This document shows positions 39,874-49,001 of a stretch of DNA of 64,000 bases, in pieces. Both the position numbers and the translations under genes were made by a program. Below the pieces are notes generated by a model that had not been told where the DNA came from, searched no databases, and saw only the letters and a program-made list of their open reading frames with translations. The stretch covers positions 2,656,001 to 2,720,000 of the forward strand of contig OZ242311.1 of NCBI GenBank assembly GCA_965207885.1, given 5' to 3'. This DNA comes from Candidatus Latescibacterota bacterium. Its GTDB lineage: Bacteria > Latescibacterota > UBA2968. The first letter of the stretch is position 1. Each line of letters opens with the position of its first letter.

Positions 39874-40584
39874 TTACACATCCCATCGCCACGTATTGCG
39901 ACAGGCAAGCCGTGGATACTCATTCGCGTTCTTGCTTCCCGCGTGTACAAAAAAGTTCTGGTAAAACAGAATGTCTCCACGCTTTGCCACCAATTCCACA
40001 CCTTCGCCAATATCCACCTTATGCATATCCGAGTTCACGTCCCACAGGTAGGGGTACTTCTCTGGATTGCTTTCGGCAAGACCCCGCATCTTTTTATGTG
40101 AACCCGGCCATCCAAACGTGCAACCTCCATGCGATTCTGTATCACTCAAATACAAAATTGAATGCACACTGATTGGAATCGGAAATGTCACATTAAACTT
40201 CTCCCGGTTGGTTCCGCCATCGAAGTGAGGTTTCTGGTGGCTCCATTCACCTTCCGTGGGAAACGTGTTCTGCGTCAGGATATCCTTCGGCGCGTGGATT
40301 TCCTCGCGATCTACACCCGTCAATTCAGAAAGTGCGGTCAAAATATTATCCGTATAACACGCTAAGATCTCCGGCGTGCCCAATCTTCGATTTTCCGGCA
40401 GTGCGCGATGCCGTTGACTAATCGCAGGCGCTGATACGCGGTCCCAGGTTTCGGGATCGTCGCGGTCCATTTCTAAAGCCGCCCACATCGCGTCTTCACC
40501 TTTGCGAGCTACATCCTCAGGAACCAAACCCGACGCCAGCAAATACCCTTCTTCGCGAAACTGCTTCTTCTGCTCATCTGTCAT
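39874..40584 (-). CDS. PhyH-like dioxygenase
   Basis: FREEGYL, PHFDG, WPGSH, VHAGSKN…R. Confidence 0.82.
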   Translation of the reverse strand: MTDEQKKQFREEGYLLASGLVPEDVARKGEDAMWAALEMDRDDPETWDRVSAPAISQRHRALPENRRLGTPEILACYTDNILTALSELTGVDREEIHAPKDILTQNTFPTEGEWSHQKPHFDGGTNREKFNVTFPIPISVHSILYLSDTESHGGCTFGWPGSHKKMRGLAESNPEKYPYLWDVNSDMHKVDIGEGVELVAKRGDILFYQNFFVHAGSKNANEYPRLACRNTWRWDV

Positions 40585-40587
40585 TAT

Positions 40588-41940
40588 TTACTCCTCATTC
40601 TGTTGCACAGGTCTGTTTCTATTTCTCCGAGGTCTTCTAATCCTTGGCGCCATCTGGCTTCTCCATGTCTTGAATTTTTTTTGTAGCCGCTGAACCATTT
40701 CCGGTTGCTGGTTTGCCAGATCGTTTTTCTCACCTATATCTGCATCCAGATCGTACAATTCCAGCTTCTTAGACCTGCTAAATGTAAGCTTCCATTTTCC
40801 TTCTCGAATCGCCCAGGTTCCCGAATCGCCATCCCAATACAACGCATCGTGCAATGCCCCTTCTGTTTTACCTTGCAAGACTGGCAACATATTTTTGCCA
40901 TCGTAGATACGGTCTTCGGGCAATGGAATGCCAATAGCTGCACAGACAGTCGGCAAAATATCCATACAAATAACCGGTTCATCACACACACCACCTGCTT
41001 CCAAATGCCCTGGCCAGGACACGAGAAACGGCACGCGTAGCCCCCCCTCATAGACATTTTGCTTGTAACCGCGCAGGGGCATATTGTTTGCATTTGTGGC
41101 CCTTGCACCACCATTATCTGAAAAATAAAAGATGAGTGTATTTTCCCACACGCCATTGGCCTTGAGCGCTGCCACCACATCGCCAACAGCGATATCCATT
41201 CTTTTGAGCATGCCCATCAAAATATCGCGTTTGGAATCTCCTGTATTAAATTGTTTGATATCCTCTTCGGGAGCTTGCAACGGCGCATGTACGGCATTAA
41301 AGGGAAGATAAAGAAAGAATGGGGCGTTTTTGTTTCGTTCAATGAATCCAACAGCCTCTCGCGCCAGATTATCGGTCAAGTACCCGGTATCATTGATAAT
41401 CTCTTTATTTCGATATATCGCATTATGGGCTCTGTCCTCTTTATAATTTAAATCAAAATAGTCGTGGCCTCCATGCCCTAAAAATCCGTAAAATTCATCA
41501 AATCCACGGTTGTTTGGATGATATTCAGGCGTCAAACCCAAATGCCATTTTCCAAATACCCCCGTCCTGTACCCCGCTTTTTTGAGTAGATCTGCAAGTG
41601 TGATTTCATCAACCGGCATACCGGCGCGTGAGTCACTGGCTGTATAAAAACCAAAGCGCTGCTGGTATCGACCGGTCATCAAACCCGCCCTGGTGGGCGC
41701 ACATACAAAGGCACTGGCATATCCATTTGTCATTCGAATGCCCGAGTTGGCCAGTGCGTCGATATGTGGTGTATAGACTTCTGCGGGATGTGCCTGGTAA
41801 CTCACATCTCCAAAGCCCTGGTCGTCTGACAAAATCACCACAATGTTTGGACGTTTGGCATCTTCGGCCCATACTAATGGGTTTGCTATCATTCCAGATA
41901 CTCCTATTCCCAATGCTTTTAAAGCTGCGCGTCGATCCAT
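40588..41940 (-). CDS. Tat-exported sulfatase (GalNAc-sulfatase-like)
   Basis: MDRRAALKALG twin-arginine leader, PNIVVILSDD, CAPTRAGLMTG, GKWHLG. Confidence 0.92.
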   Translation of the reverse strand: MDRRAALKALGIGVSGMIANPLVWAEDAKRPNIVVILSDDQGFGDVSYQAHPAEVYTPHIDALANSGIRMTNGYASAFVCAPTRAGLMTGRYQQRFGFYTASDSRAGMPVDEITLADLLKKAGYRTGVFGKWHLGLTPEYHPNNRGFDEFYGFLGHGGHDYFDLNYKEDRAHNAIYRNKEIINDTGYLTDNLAREAVGFIERNKNAPFFLYLPFNAVHAPLQAPEEDIKQFNTGDSKRDILMGMLKRMDIAVGDVVAALKANGVWENTLIFYFSDNGGARATNANNMPLRGYKQNVYEGGLRVPFLVSWPGHLEAGGVCDEPVICMDILPTVCAAIGIPLPEDRIYDGKNMLPVLQGKTEGALHDALYWDGDSGTWAIREGKWKLTFSRSKKLELYDLDADIGEKNDLANQQPEMVQRLQKKFKTWRSQMAPRIRRPRRNRNRPVQQNEE

Positions 41941-42000
41941 ATTGTAACGCTCCTTATCTTCAGCCCCATTCATATGCCCGGCAACCGCATAACTAAAGCC

Positions 42001-43161
42001 CTACTCGTAGGTCGTCTCTCCGGTCTTGTGGTCCTCGATCCAGTCCCGGTCGAACGCCACCCCCAGCCCTGGCCCCTCCGGCACTTCGACGCAGCCGTTC
42101 TCGTCAACCGAATCCAACTCGTCGAGCCAGCGTCTTTCTGGATAGACTGCCGGCTTGGTATCGGGCACCAGGGGATGCACCAGGCCCAGTTCGTAGTAAT
42201 TGGCGTTGCGCAGGGTCGCCATGATATGCCGGTGCGCCAGATTGCCGCCGTGCAACTCCACGTCCAGCCCGTGTGCCTCGGCCATAGCGGCGATCTTCAT
42301 TACTCCGGTGATGCCGCCGTCGGTCTGGGCGTTGGCGCGTACGAAGTCGGTGGCGCCGGCAGTAATCGTATCGGCCTTGGCTTCAAGTCCGCGCACGTGT
42401 TCGCCCATCAGCATCGGCGTATTGATCAGCTCGCGCAGCTTGGCGTGGGCAAAGCGCGAAAAGCCGCCGCCTCTAAATGGGTCTTCATACCACATATAGC
42501 GCGCCTCGTCGCAGGCGCGGCCCACCTTGAGTACGTCCTCGAAAGTGGGAAAACACCCGGCTGGATCGAGCAATAGGTCCATATCGTCGCCCACCGCTTC
42601 GCGAATGGCTAATACCGCTGCCACTTCGCGGTCGATCGGTCCGTTGATCCAACCGTGGATCTTAAAGGCAGGATAGCCGTATTGCTCCTTGCAGCGCAGC
42701 GCGAATTGCGCAAAGTCGTCCGGCGTCGTCAAACCACCGTTTTCGTCGCCGTGATAGGTCGAGGCATAGGCTGGCAACTTCTTGCGCCAACCCCCGCCCA
42801 AAAGCTCGTAGATCGGCGCGTCGTAGAGCTTGCCAGCGAAATCCCACAGCGCGATATCTACCGCGCCCGGCGGCGTGCCGTCCTGCCCGCGGCGCGAGCG
42901 CTTGAGGTCGTGCCAGATAATCTCGCGGTCCAGCGGGTTGCGGCCGAGCAAGTACTGCGCCGGGCGGGAATCGATGCCACCGGACGCAATGCCGCTGATG
43001 CCGACGCTGGTCTCAATGGTCAGCAAGCCGCCGCCCAGAGTCAGGCGGCCACCCTTGCGATAGACCGTGTCGAAGCCCAATTGCTCCTCCAACTCCATAT
43101 CGGCGATCTCATAGGCGAAACTCGTCGAGGTAATGCGGGTGATCTCAATATCTCGCGCCAT
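42001..43161 (-). CDS. Mandelate racemase/enolase-superfamily enzyme
   Basis: DIALWDFAGK, FKIH, LLDP, WYEDP, GEH, PEGPGLGV. Confidence 0.9.
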   Translation of the reverse strand: MARDIEITRITSTSFAYEIADMELEEQLGFDTVYRKGGRLTLGGGLLTIETSVGISGIASGGIDSRPAQYLLGRNPLDREIIWHDLKRSRRGQDGTPPGAVDIALWDFAGKLYDAPIYELLGGGWRKKLPAYASTYHGDENGGLTTPDDFAQFALRCKEQYGYPAFKIHGWINGPIDREVAAVLAIREAVGDDMDLLLDPAGCFPTFEDVLKVGRACDEARYMWYEDPFRGGGFSRFAHAKLRELINTPMLMGEHVRGLEAKADTITAGATDFVRANAQTDGGITGVMKIAAMAEAHGLDVELHGGNLAHRHIMATLRNANYYELGLVHPLVPDTKPAVYPERRWLDELDSVDENGCVEVPEGPGLGVAFDRDWIEDHKTGETTYE

Positions 43162-43213
43162 GGTGCTCTCTCCTTCGCTGTGTGTTTGGTTTTAACTTCC
43201 GCTCCACGGCTAC

Positions 43214-44098
43214 TCATCTCACGATCTGAGGTGACGCATAAAGATCGGGCCTGGCCTCGCTCGCTGTGAAGCAACCGGATGATCGCGCTTTCTCTATTAA
43301 ATCTCTCGAGACCTCGGTCACGATCATGCCTTCCACTGGCGCGTGTTCGTCGATGAACTGGCCGTTCGGATCGATCGCGAAGGCGAGTCCCGGAAACCAG
43401 GCGTTGCCGCTTTTTCCCGCCTGGTTGGCGTAGAAAATGTAGAGCGCATTGTCCACGGCTCTCGCTGGCAAGACCTGGGCGGCAAGCTGTCGATGTTCGG
43501 CTGCCTGTTCGGTCTGATCGCCGTCAGGGGTGACGTTGTCAGCGCGGCCGCTTGCACCTACGGCGAGGAGGAAAAAGTCTGCGCCCTCCTGTGCGGCGGT
43601 TCGGAAGATCTCCGGAAACCTCAGGTCGTAGCAGATCCCCACGCCGAAGGTCCAGCCTTGCGATGTCACGATAGGGAGTTGGCTCCCCGGTTCGAACCAG
43701 GCCCGCTCGGTTTCATTCGGGATGTGCAGTTTGGTGAAGGTCGCGAGGTAACCGCTGGGCCCTACGATGTAGGCGCTGTTGCGATAGCGTTCGCCCGCTG
43801 GCTCGATGGTACCGACGACAAGGGTCATGTCGAGTTCGCTGCAGAGCGATTCGAGGAACGGAATTGATTTCTCGGCCGCTGCTTCTGCGATCCGCATGGA
43901 CTCCTCGGGAGGAATGTCCGATTTGTTCATCGAGCCCGTGATGCACTCTTCGGGAAAGAGCGCAAATGTGGCACCTTGCCTGTGAGCCTCTCTCGACCAC
44001 TCGGCAATCTGGTCGAGGTTGGTCGAGGGGTCGCCCATCGCGCTGTGCATGGCGACCGATGCGATACGTGTTTTTGTGTTGTTCATGGGATATGCCAT
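43214..44098 (-). CDS. Carbon-nitrogen hydrolase (nitrilase superfamily)
   Basis: FPEE, KLH and ICYDLRFPE form the E-K-C triad. Confidence 0.9.
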   Translation of the reverse strand: MAYPMNNTKTRIASVAMHSAMGDPSTNLDQIAEWSREAHRQGATFALFPEECITGSMNKSDIPPEESMRIAEAAAEKSIPFLESLCSELDMTLVVGTIEPAGERYRNSAYIVGPSGYLATFTKLHIPNETERAWFEPGSQLPIVTSQGWTFGVGICYDLRFPEIFRTAAQEGADFFLLAVGASGRADNVTPDGDQTEQAAEHRQLAAQVLPARAVDNALYIFYANQAGKSGNAWFPGLAFAIDPNGQFIDEHAPVEGMIVTEVSRDLIEKARSSGCFTASEARPDLYASPQIVR

Positions 44099-44135
44099 TC
44101 GACTCTTTCTCCGATGCGTGGTTATTCATGTGTAC

Positions 44136-45101
44136 TCATACGGCCGAACGAACCGAATAAACCGCTTCGAGAGAACCGACGTTTGGGCGGCGATTTTCAT
44201 CGTTCTGCTGGATGTTGCGGGCGAAGAAATCGTCGAACAGTTCCAACTCAAATTCTCTCGCAATGTCTATGGCCGAGCGCTTATCCGAATTGCTGTGGAT
44301 CAAGGCGGTCCCGATATAGCTCGGCACGTCGATCGTGACCTCATCTTGGTATTTCTTCTCGATCAGAGGAAACTTGCCGGAGTTTCCAGTGCGTTTGACC
44401 AGCACGCGGTCCAGGTTGATCGTTGCGCACATCGTGCGTGAATAGTTGGTGTTTAGTTTCACGGGCTGGCCGAGGGGATCGATCACCCCGCCTCCGTAGA
44501 ACCGAAGTGCGGTCAGATAGTAGCACTGGCATTCGTAAGCCCATTGCTGCTGAAGGAATCCGCCGTGATAGGCACTGGGAAATGTGAGGATGTCCGGTTT
44601 CAGGTCTCGGTATTCGAACCGAAGTTGCTCGAATTTCTGGTCGAAACAAACCACCCCCCCAAGGCGACCGATCGCGGTGTCGAAAACTTTGGGACCGTCA
44701 CCCGAGCGCAGCCCTTGTTTTCGCTCGTTATCCGTCAGGAACGTCTTGTGATAGGCCCCGATCACTGAGCCATCAGGGCCGATATACACAATCGAATTGA
44801 ACACGTCGTCGCCTTCGCGGAGCTTGATAGATCCGGCCACGTGGCATGACTCGGCCCTGGCGAAATCCCGGTACATTGACAAAAACGGACCCGGCTGTTC
44901 CACGGTCTCGGCCGTTTCCAGGGTCTGGCCGTATCCTTCGACCAGCTCACAGGTCAACACCAGGTCCAGATTGTATCCTTTCAATGAATTGAGGTCGTTT
45001 CGGGTCATGCGCAGTACTCTTTCCATGCTCTCGGGTTCACCCCGCTGCAAATCGGCAAATGCACTGAACTGAATCGATCCCACTCTTACGAATCGTGCCA
45101 T
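44136..45101 (-). CDS. Carbon-nitrogen hydrolase (nitrilase superfamily)
   Basis: TCEL, YHKTFLT and VCFDQKF form the triad. Confidence 0.88.
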   Translation of the reverse strand: MARFVRVGSIQFSAFADLQRGEPESMERVLRMTRNDLNSLKGYNLDLVLTCELVEGYGQTLETAETVEQPGPFLSMYRDFARAESCHVAGSIKLREGDDVFNSIVYIGPDGSVIGAYHKTFLTDNERKQGLRSGDGPKVFDTAIGRLGGVVCFDQKFEQLRFEYRDLKPDILTFPSAYHGGFLQQQWAYECQCYYLTALRFYGGGVIDPLGQPVKLNTNYSRTMCATINLDRVLVKRTGNSGKFPLIEKKYQDEVTIDVPSYIGTALIHSNSDKRSAIDIAREFELELFDDFFARNIQQNDENRRPNVGSLEAVYSVRSAV

Positions 45102-45142
45102 ATATATCTCCTTTCACAATGCTAATCGTGCTGGACAGTCCA

Positions 45143-46432
45143 TTAGAGCGCGGCGTCGCCCGCCTCCGTCCGCAAGCTGTGTCGGCCCTCTATATGGGCG
45201 TGCCAGTCCATGCCGATCTCCGGTCGCGGCCGGGTCGGTCTGGGCAGCGCATTCGCCTGCTCCGCCACGATCGCCGGCACGCCTACGTCGCTCAGAAACT
45301 GCGCGAGATACGCCATCCGCACCAGCGTCTCGCTTTGGTACAGGCTCATGCCATCGACCCCCACCGCGTACTGTTGTGCCGCCAGTGCATAGGCCGGTTG
45401 CGGCGCATAAAAACCCGTATTCTTCTCTACTCGGTTTTCGATCAGCCCTTTGGATCCCACACCGCCAATGCACAGTTTGTCGTGTCGGTGTGCCACCGCT
45501 GCGTGATAGCCGACGTGCAGGTCCAGATCCTCGCGGGTCAGAGGAAAGGGACTCAACATCAATCCGTCGATCAGATCCTCCTCGCACCAGCGCTCGCTGT
45601 CCAGTCCATAGGCCAGCATCAGCCATCGCGCGTTGTCGGGCACCCGGGCGATGATCGGGCAGCGCCGACCCAATTTGTCCTCCTGGATGCGCACCGCCCG
45701 CCGCAGTTCGGTCATAAATTCGGTCAGCACATCGGCTCGGTACTGAAACCACGCCCGGTACTGTTCGAAGTCGTCCGAGTCGATTTCGCGCGGATCCACC
45801 CCCGTCTCCGCCATAAACGGCTCGACCAGCGCCGGATGGTATAGCAGCATCGGCATCTGCCGGCAGAAGTCGAGCACCAGCCCATCGACGCCGATCCTCT
45901 GGCACTCGAGCAAAATATCGATCCGCTCGCGCCGCACTTCCGCCAGCGCGTAGCACAGCCGGCTGGCGTCCTCGTTGCCCGGCTTGGTCACCTCCCTGAA
46001 GGCCGGATTGTCCAGCGCGAACCTGGACGTGACCCCTATCCAGTCCGTTCGCCCATAGTGGCGGTTCATCCCCAGGCGGCCCCATAGTTGCGCCCCACGA
46101 TCGCGGCACAGCGCCAGCGCGTGCCGCAGCGGACACACCTCGTCCATTACCTTGCGAACGAAGCTCCAGGAGATGCCGCCGACCTGGTCGCCATTTTCGC
46201 ACATCCGCGTGATATGGGGCAACTCGGACCAGTAGTCCACCACCGAACGCCCCAGATTCCAAACCAGATGGTCGCAGCCCGCTTGCAGGTGCAGATCGAC
46301 GCACTCGTCCAGTGCTTTAGGTCCCGGGCACGGCTTGTCGTAGTTGGCGTAGTAGCACATCCACTCCGAGATGCCGAACACCGGTTTTTCGTTGCCGCTT
46401 GCCTCGCGCAATTTGAGTTGCTCTTGCGCCAT
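45143..46432 (-). CDS. Putative glycoside hydrolase, GHL10/DUF187-like TIM barrel
   Basis: RLCYALAEVRRER…GVDGLVLDFCR and ERWCEEDLIDGL resemble GHL10-type barrels. Confidence 0.6.
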   Translation of the reverse strand: MAQEQLKLREASGNEKPVFGISEWMCYYANYDKPCPGPKALDECVDLHLQAGCDHLVWNLGRSVVDYWSELPHITRMCENGDQVGGISWSFVRKVMDEVCPLRHALALCRDRGAQLWGRLGMNRHYGRTDWIGVTSRFALDNPAFREVTKPGNEDASRLCYALAEVRRERIDILLECQRIGVDGLVLDFCRQMPMLLYHPALVEPFMAETGVDPREIDSDDFEQYRAWFQYRADVLTEFMTELRRAVRIQEDKLGRRCPIIARVPDNARWLMLAYGLDSERWCEEDLIDGLMLSPFPLTREDLDLHVGYHAAVAHRHDKLCIGGVGSKGLIENRVEKNTGFYAPQPAYALAAQQYAVGVDGMSLYQSETLVRMAYLAQFLSDVGVPAIVAEQANALPRPTRPRPEIGMDWHAHIEGRHSLRTEAGDAAL

Positions 46433-46471
46433 CTAAGGTGACCTCCTGATCGGGTGTATTTATCGAAAGCA

Positions 46472-47407
46472 TTAAGCGGACCATCGCGCGGTGCCGATGG
46501 CGTAATATTTGTGTACAAAAGGTGGTTTGGTGCGCGAAGCGTACCACATGCGCAGGGAGCCGTCGGTTAGGCGCAAGAGCGAATGGCTGGTGGTAAAGTG
46601 CGATTCCCAGGACCGCGAAGGATCGGGACCAAAGATCGGATTGTGAGGACTTTTAGTCCAGTTGAGACCATCTTCGCTGATGGCAAATCCGATGGAGGTT
46701 TTCATGACCTCGGGCGGATAGCTGCTATAGCTGCCGTACCACATCAGATAATAACCGTCTTCTTTGAGAACGGTTGGATAGACCAGGCGCTGGAACTCCC
46801 ATTCCTGGTCTAACTCCAACACCGGCTGGGGATGGACTTGCCACTCAAAGCCGTTGTCGCTGTGGGCGGCGCGTATGGTCCAGGGGTCGGCGGTCACATC
46901 GGTGTACCACAGGCGGTAGTGGTCGTCTTCCCAAAACAGGGTGGGGGCGTAGGCGTTTTCTAATAGGGGAGGGGAGGGCGTCTCCCAGCAAATCCCGTCG
47001 TCGCTGGTCATGGCGTGCAGGGTGTGGCGTGTGTCGCCAGAGGGAAAATCGGTCGAGGAAAAAAACATACGCAGCTTGCCCGCCTCGCGCCTCAGGGAGC
47101 CGTCCGGGTGGCGCACCAGGGTGGGGGTGAGGATAGAGTGGTCGGTCATAAGGGTGCAAACCGGGGAGGCGGGGTGTCGTGTAAAATGCAGGCCGTCGTC
47201 GCTGGTGGCCAGCCCCAGAGCAAAAACCCGCAGATCTACTTCGCCGCGCGAGCCGCTGTACCACATGTAATAGCGCCCGTTTTCCAAAGCGACATAGGGA
47301 GCAAAAATGTGGGTGTCGTCAAATTGACCGGCTGCGCCCAGGGACAGACAAGGTGCATCGATGTCTCGCTCCCAGGGTTGTGGATCCAGCCATTGGTTTT
47401 TGTCCAT
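46472..47407 (-). CDS. Five-bladed beta-propeller glycosidase-like protein (GH32/43/130 clan-like)
   Basis: Repeated P.V…YxMWYxG…GxAxSxDGxxW blades. Confidence 0.75.
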   Translation of the reverse strand: MDKNQWLDPQPWERDIDAPCLSLGAAGQFDDTHIFAPYVALENGRYYMWYSGSRGEVDLRVFALGLATSDDGLHFTRHPASPVCTLMTDHSILTPTLVRHPDGSLRREAGKLRMFFSSTDFPSGDTRHTLHAMTSDDGICWETPSPPLLENAYAPTLFWEDDHYRLWYTDVTADPWTIRAAHSDNGFEWQVHPQPVLELDQEWEFQRLVYPTVLKEDGYYLMWYGSYSSYPPEVMKTSIGFAISEDGLNWTKSPHNPIFGPDPSRSWESHFTTSHSLLRLTDGSLRMWYASRTKPPFVHKYYAIGTARWSA

Positions 47408-47423
47408 GATCTATTTCCTCATT

Positions 47424-48842
47424 TCACCTCGCCGTATAATCCCCCTCCAAAATACAGGGGAGACCATCGCGGGCCATCAGTGCAATTCGTGCCAACCCAT
47501 GCTGTAAAAAACTTGGCCCCATCTGCGATTCGTACCAATCGATTCCCGACGCACCCCTCGGCAGATCGCCGTCCATATAAATGGCCATAAGCTTCTCGGC
47601 AAGGGCCATGCCCCCGTCCAGCCACCTGGTTTCTCCCGTCAGATCATATAAATCTGCCAATAACTCCAATCCCAATCCGGCATCCATCGATGGCACGGCA
47701 ATGTCATCCGGGAAATCGGTTTCCAGATAGCTCTTTCCAACCGCGATTGCCCACTCAAAAAGCCCTTGATGGGGCCGAATGCGATGGCCACACAGGGCAA
47801 ATAGTGCGGCATAACAGGCGGGCCAATTTCCATATACGCTGCCCCAAATCGGCATCGTTCCTTTCGCCTCGCTGGAACCCCGGTGAAAGGAATTCACATA
47901 AATACCCCGTTCCAGATCGTGGGGGGCTTTTAAAAATCCGTCGATATAAACGGCGGCCCGTTCTCTCATGCGAGTGGCCAGATCTGGTAACGCACCTGCA
48001 ATCAACTCGGCGGATTCAAGCAGGCTCACCCCCAGGGAGAGCGTCTGCCCGGGCGCATTGATTTGATAAAAATCCACATCGTCCTCGGGCGATCTGCTCT
48101 CCGTCTGCAGCAGGCTCAGGTCGTCCCGTTTCTCCCACCAGTAGTCCAGCATGGTTTCGATCTGTTGTACAAAATCCGTCCGCCCCGTCTTCAAGTAGGC
48201 AAACGCCCAATCGAAAATGTAAAATCCCCCGTGCCTCGGGAAATCGCAGGACCGCACCCCCCGGGCATAGGGGCGTTTCTCATCGATATATGCATGCCGA
48301 ATGTATTCCAGCGGCTCTCCTTCAGTCCAATGTCCGTTGATCCCCTCGGCAAAGCGCTCGACGCATGGCGGATTGAAAGCATACAGTTTTTCCCACAGCC
48401 AGAGCGGTGCCTGTCGCAGGTGATCGTGTGTCGTCTTACTGGGGCTTGCCCCTTCCCGCAACTGATAGCTGTCTGCCACCCGATCTTCCAATAGGTGCCA
48501 GTACGCGTGTTCTCCCCAGGGGAAAATACCCGTTATTGTATCTGTACAGTGGGTTGCAAACCGCTGCAAATACCGGTCTGCCGCCTGTGCATAATCCGGA
48601 CGGTCCAGCGCCTCGGCAAGCGCGTACATCGTCTTCAGTGCCGCCTGATCGTGGATCAAATTGCTGCCCAGGTGCGACCGGTCGCCGTCCCGCTGTCCCT
48701 CAATTCCCGGCGGCATTTCCGTCATCATCTGATGGGTCGATCGATCAATAATTGAGGGGAATAATCCCTCATAGGTCGCTCCCAATGCGACCAGAATATC
48801 CAGCGAACGGCACACCTTCTCAAGCATGGTTTCAGGGTTCAT
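47424..48842 (-). CDS. Hypothetical protein, probable alpha/alpha-barrel carbohydrate-active enzyme
   Basis: 472 aa with GGAGG RBS; helical repeats AYLKTGRTDF and LYDLTGETRWL; FPWGEH and DFPRHGG motifs. Confidence 0.6.
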   Translation of the reverse strand: MNPETMLEKVCRSLDILVALGATYEGLFPSIIDRSTHQMMTEMPPGIEGQRDGDRSHLGSNLIHDQAALKTMYALAEALDRPDYAQAADRYLQRFATHCTDTITGIFPWGEHAYWHLLEDRVADSYQLREGASPSKTTHDHLRQAPLWLWEKLYAFNPPCVERFAEGINGHWTEGEPLEYIRHAYIDEKRPYARGVRSCDFPRHGGFYIFDWAFAYLKTGRTDFVQQIETMLDYWWEKRDDLSLLQTESRSPEDDVDFYQINAPGQTLSLGVSLLESAELIAGALPDLATRMRERAAVYIDGFLKAPHDLERGIYVNSFHRGSSEAKGTMPIWGSVYGNWPACYAALFALCGHRIRPHQGLFEWAIAVGKSYLETDFPDDIAVPSMDAGLGLELLADLYDLTGETRWLDGGMALAEKLMAIYMDGDLPRGASGIDWYESQMGPSFLQHGLARIALMARDGLPCILEGDYTAR

Positions 48843-48938
48843 CAGCGTCCTCCGATCTAAAGAAAAGAATTATATATAGCCTTTTAGGGGTCAGGTCAAG
48901 TGGTGTAAGGCGTGGATTGAAAGGCAGAATTGTAGAGA

Positions 48939-48969
48939 ATCCCCACTGGACAACCTATCCAGTGGGGAT
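48939..48969 (-). terminator. Hairpin downstream of the RND permease
   Basis: ATCCCCACTGGA-caaccta-TCCAGTGGGGAT, a perfect 12-bp stem. Confidence 0.65.
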
Positions 48970-49001
48970 CTGTATCCCAATTTATTCACCATTCTGTTTT
49001 T

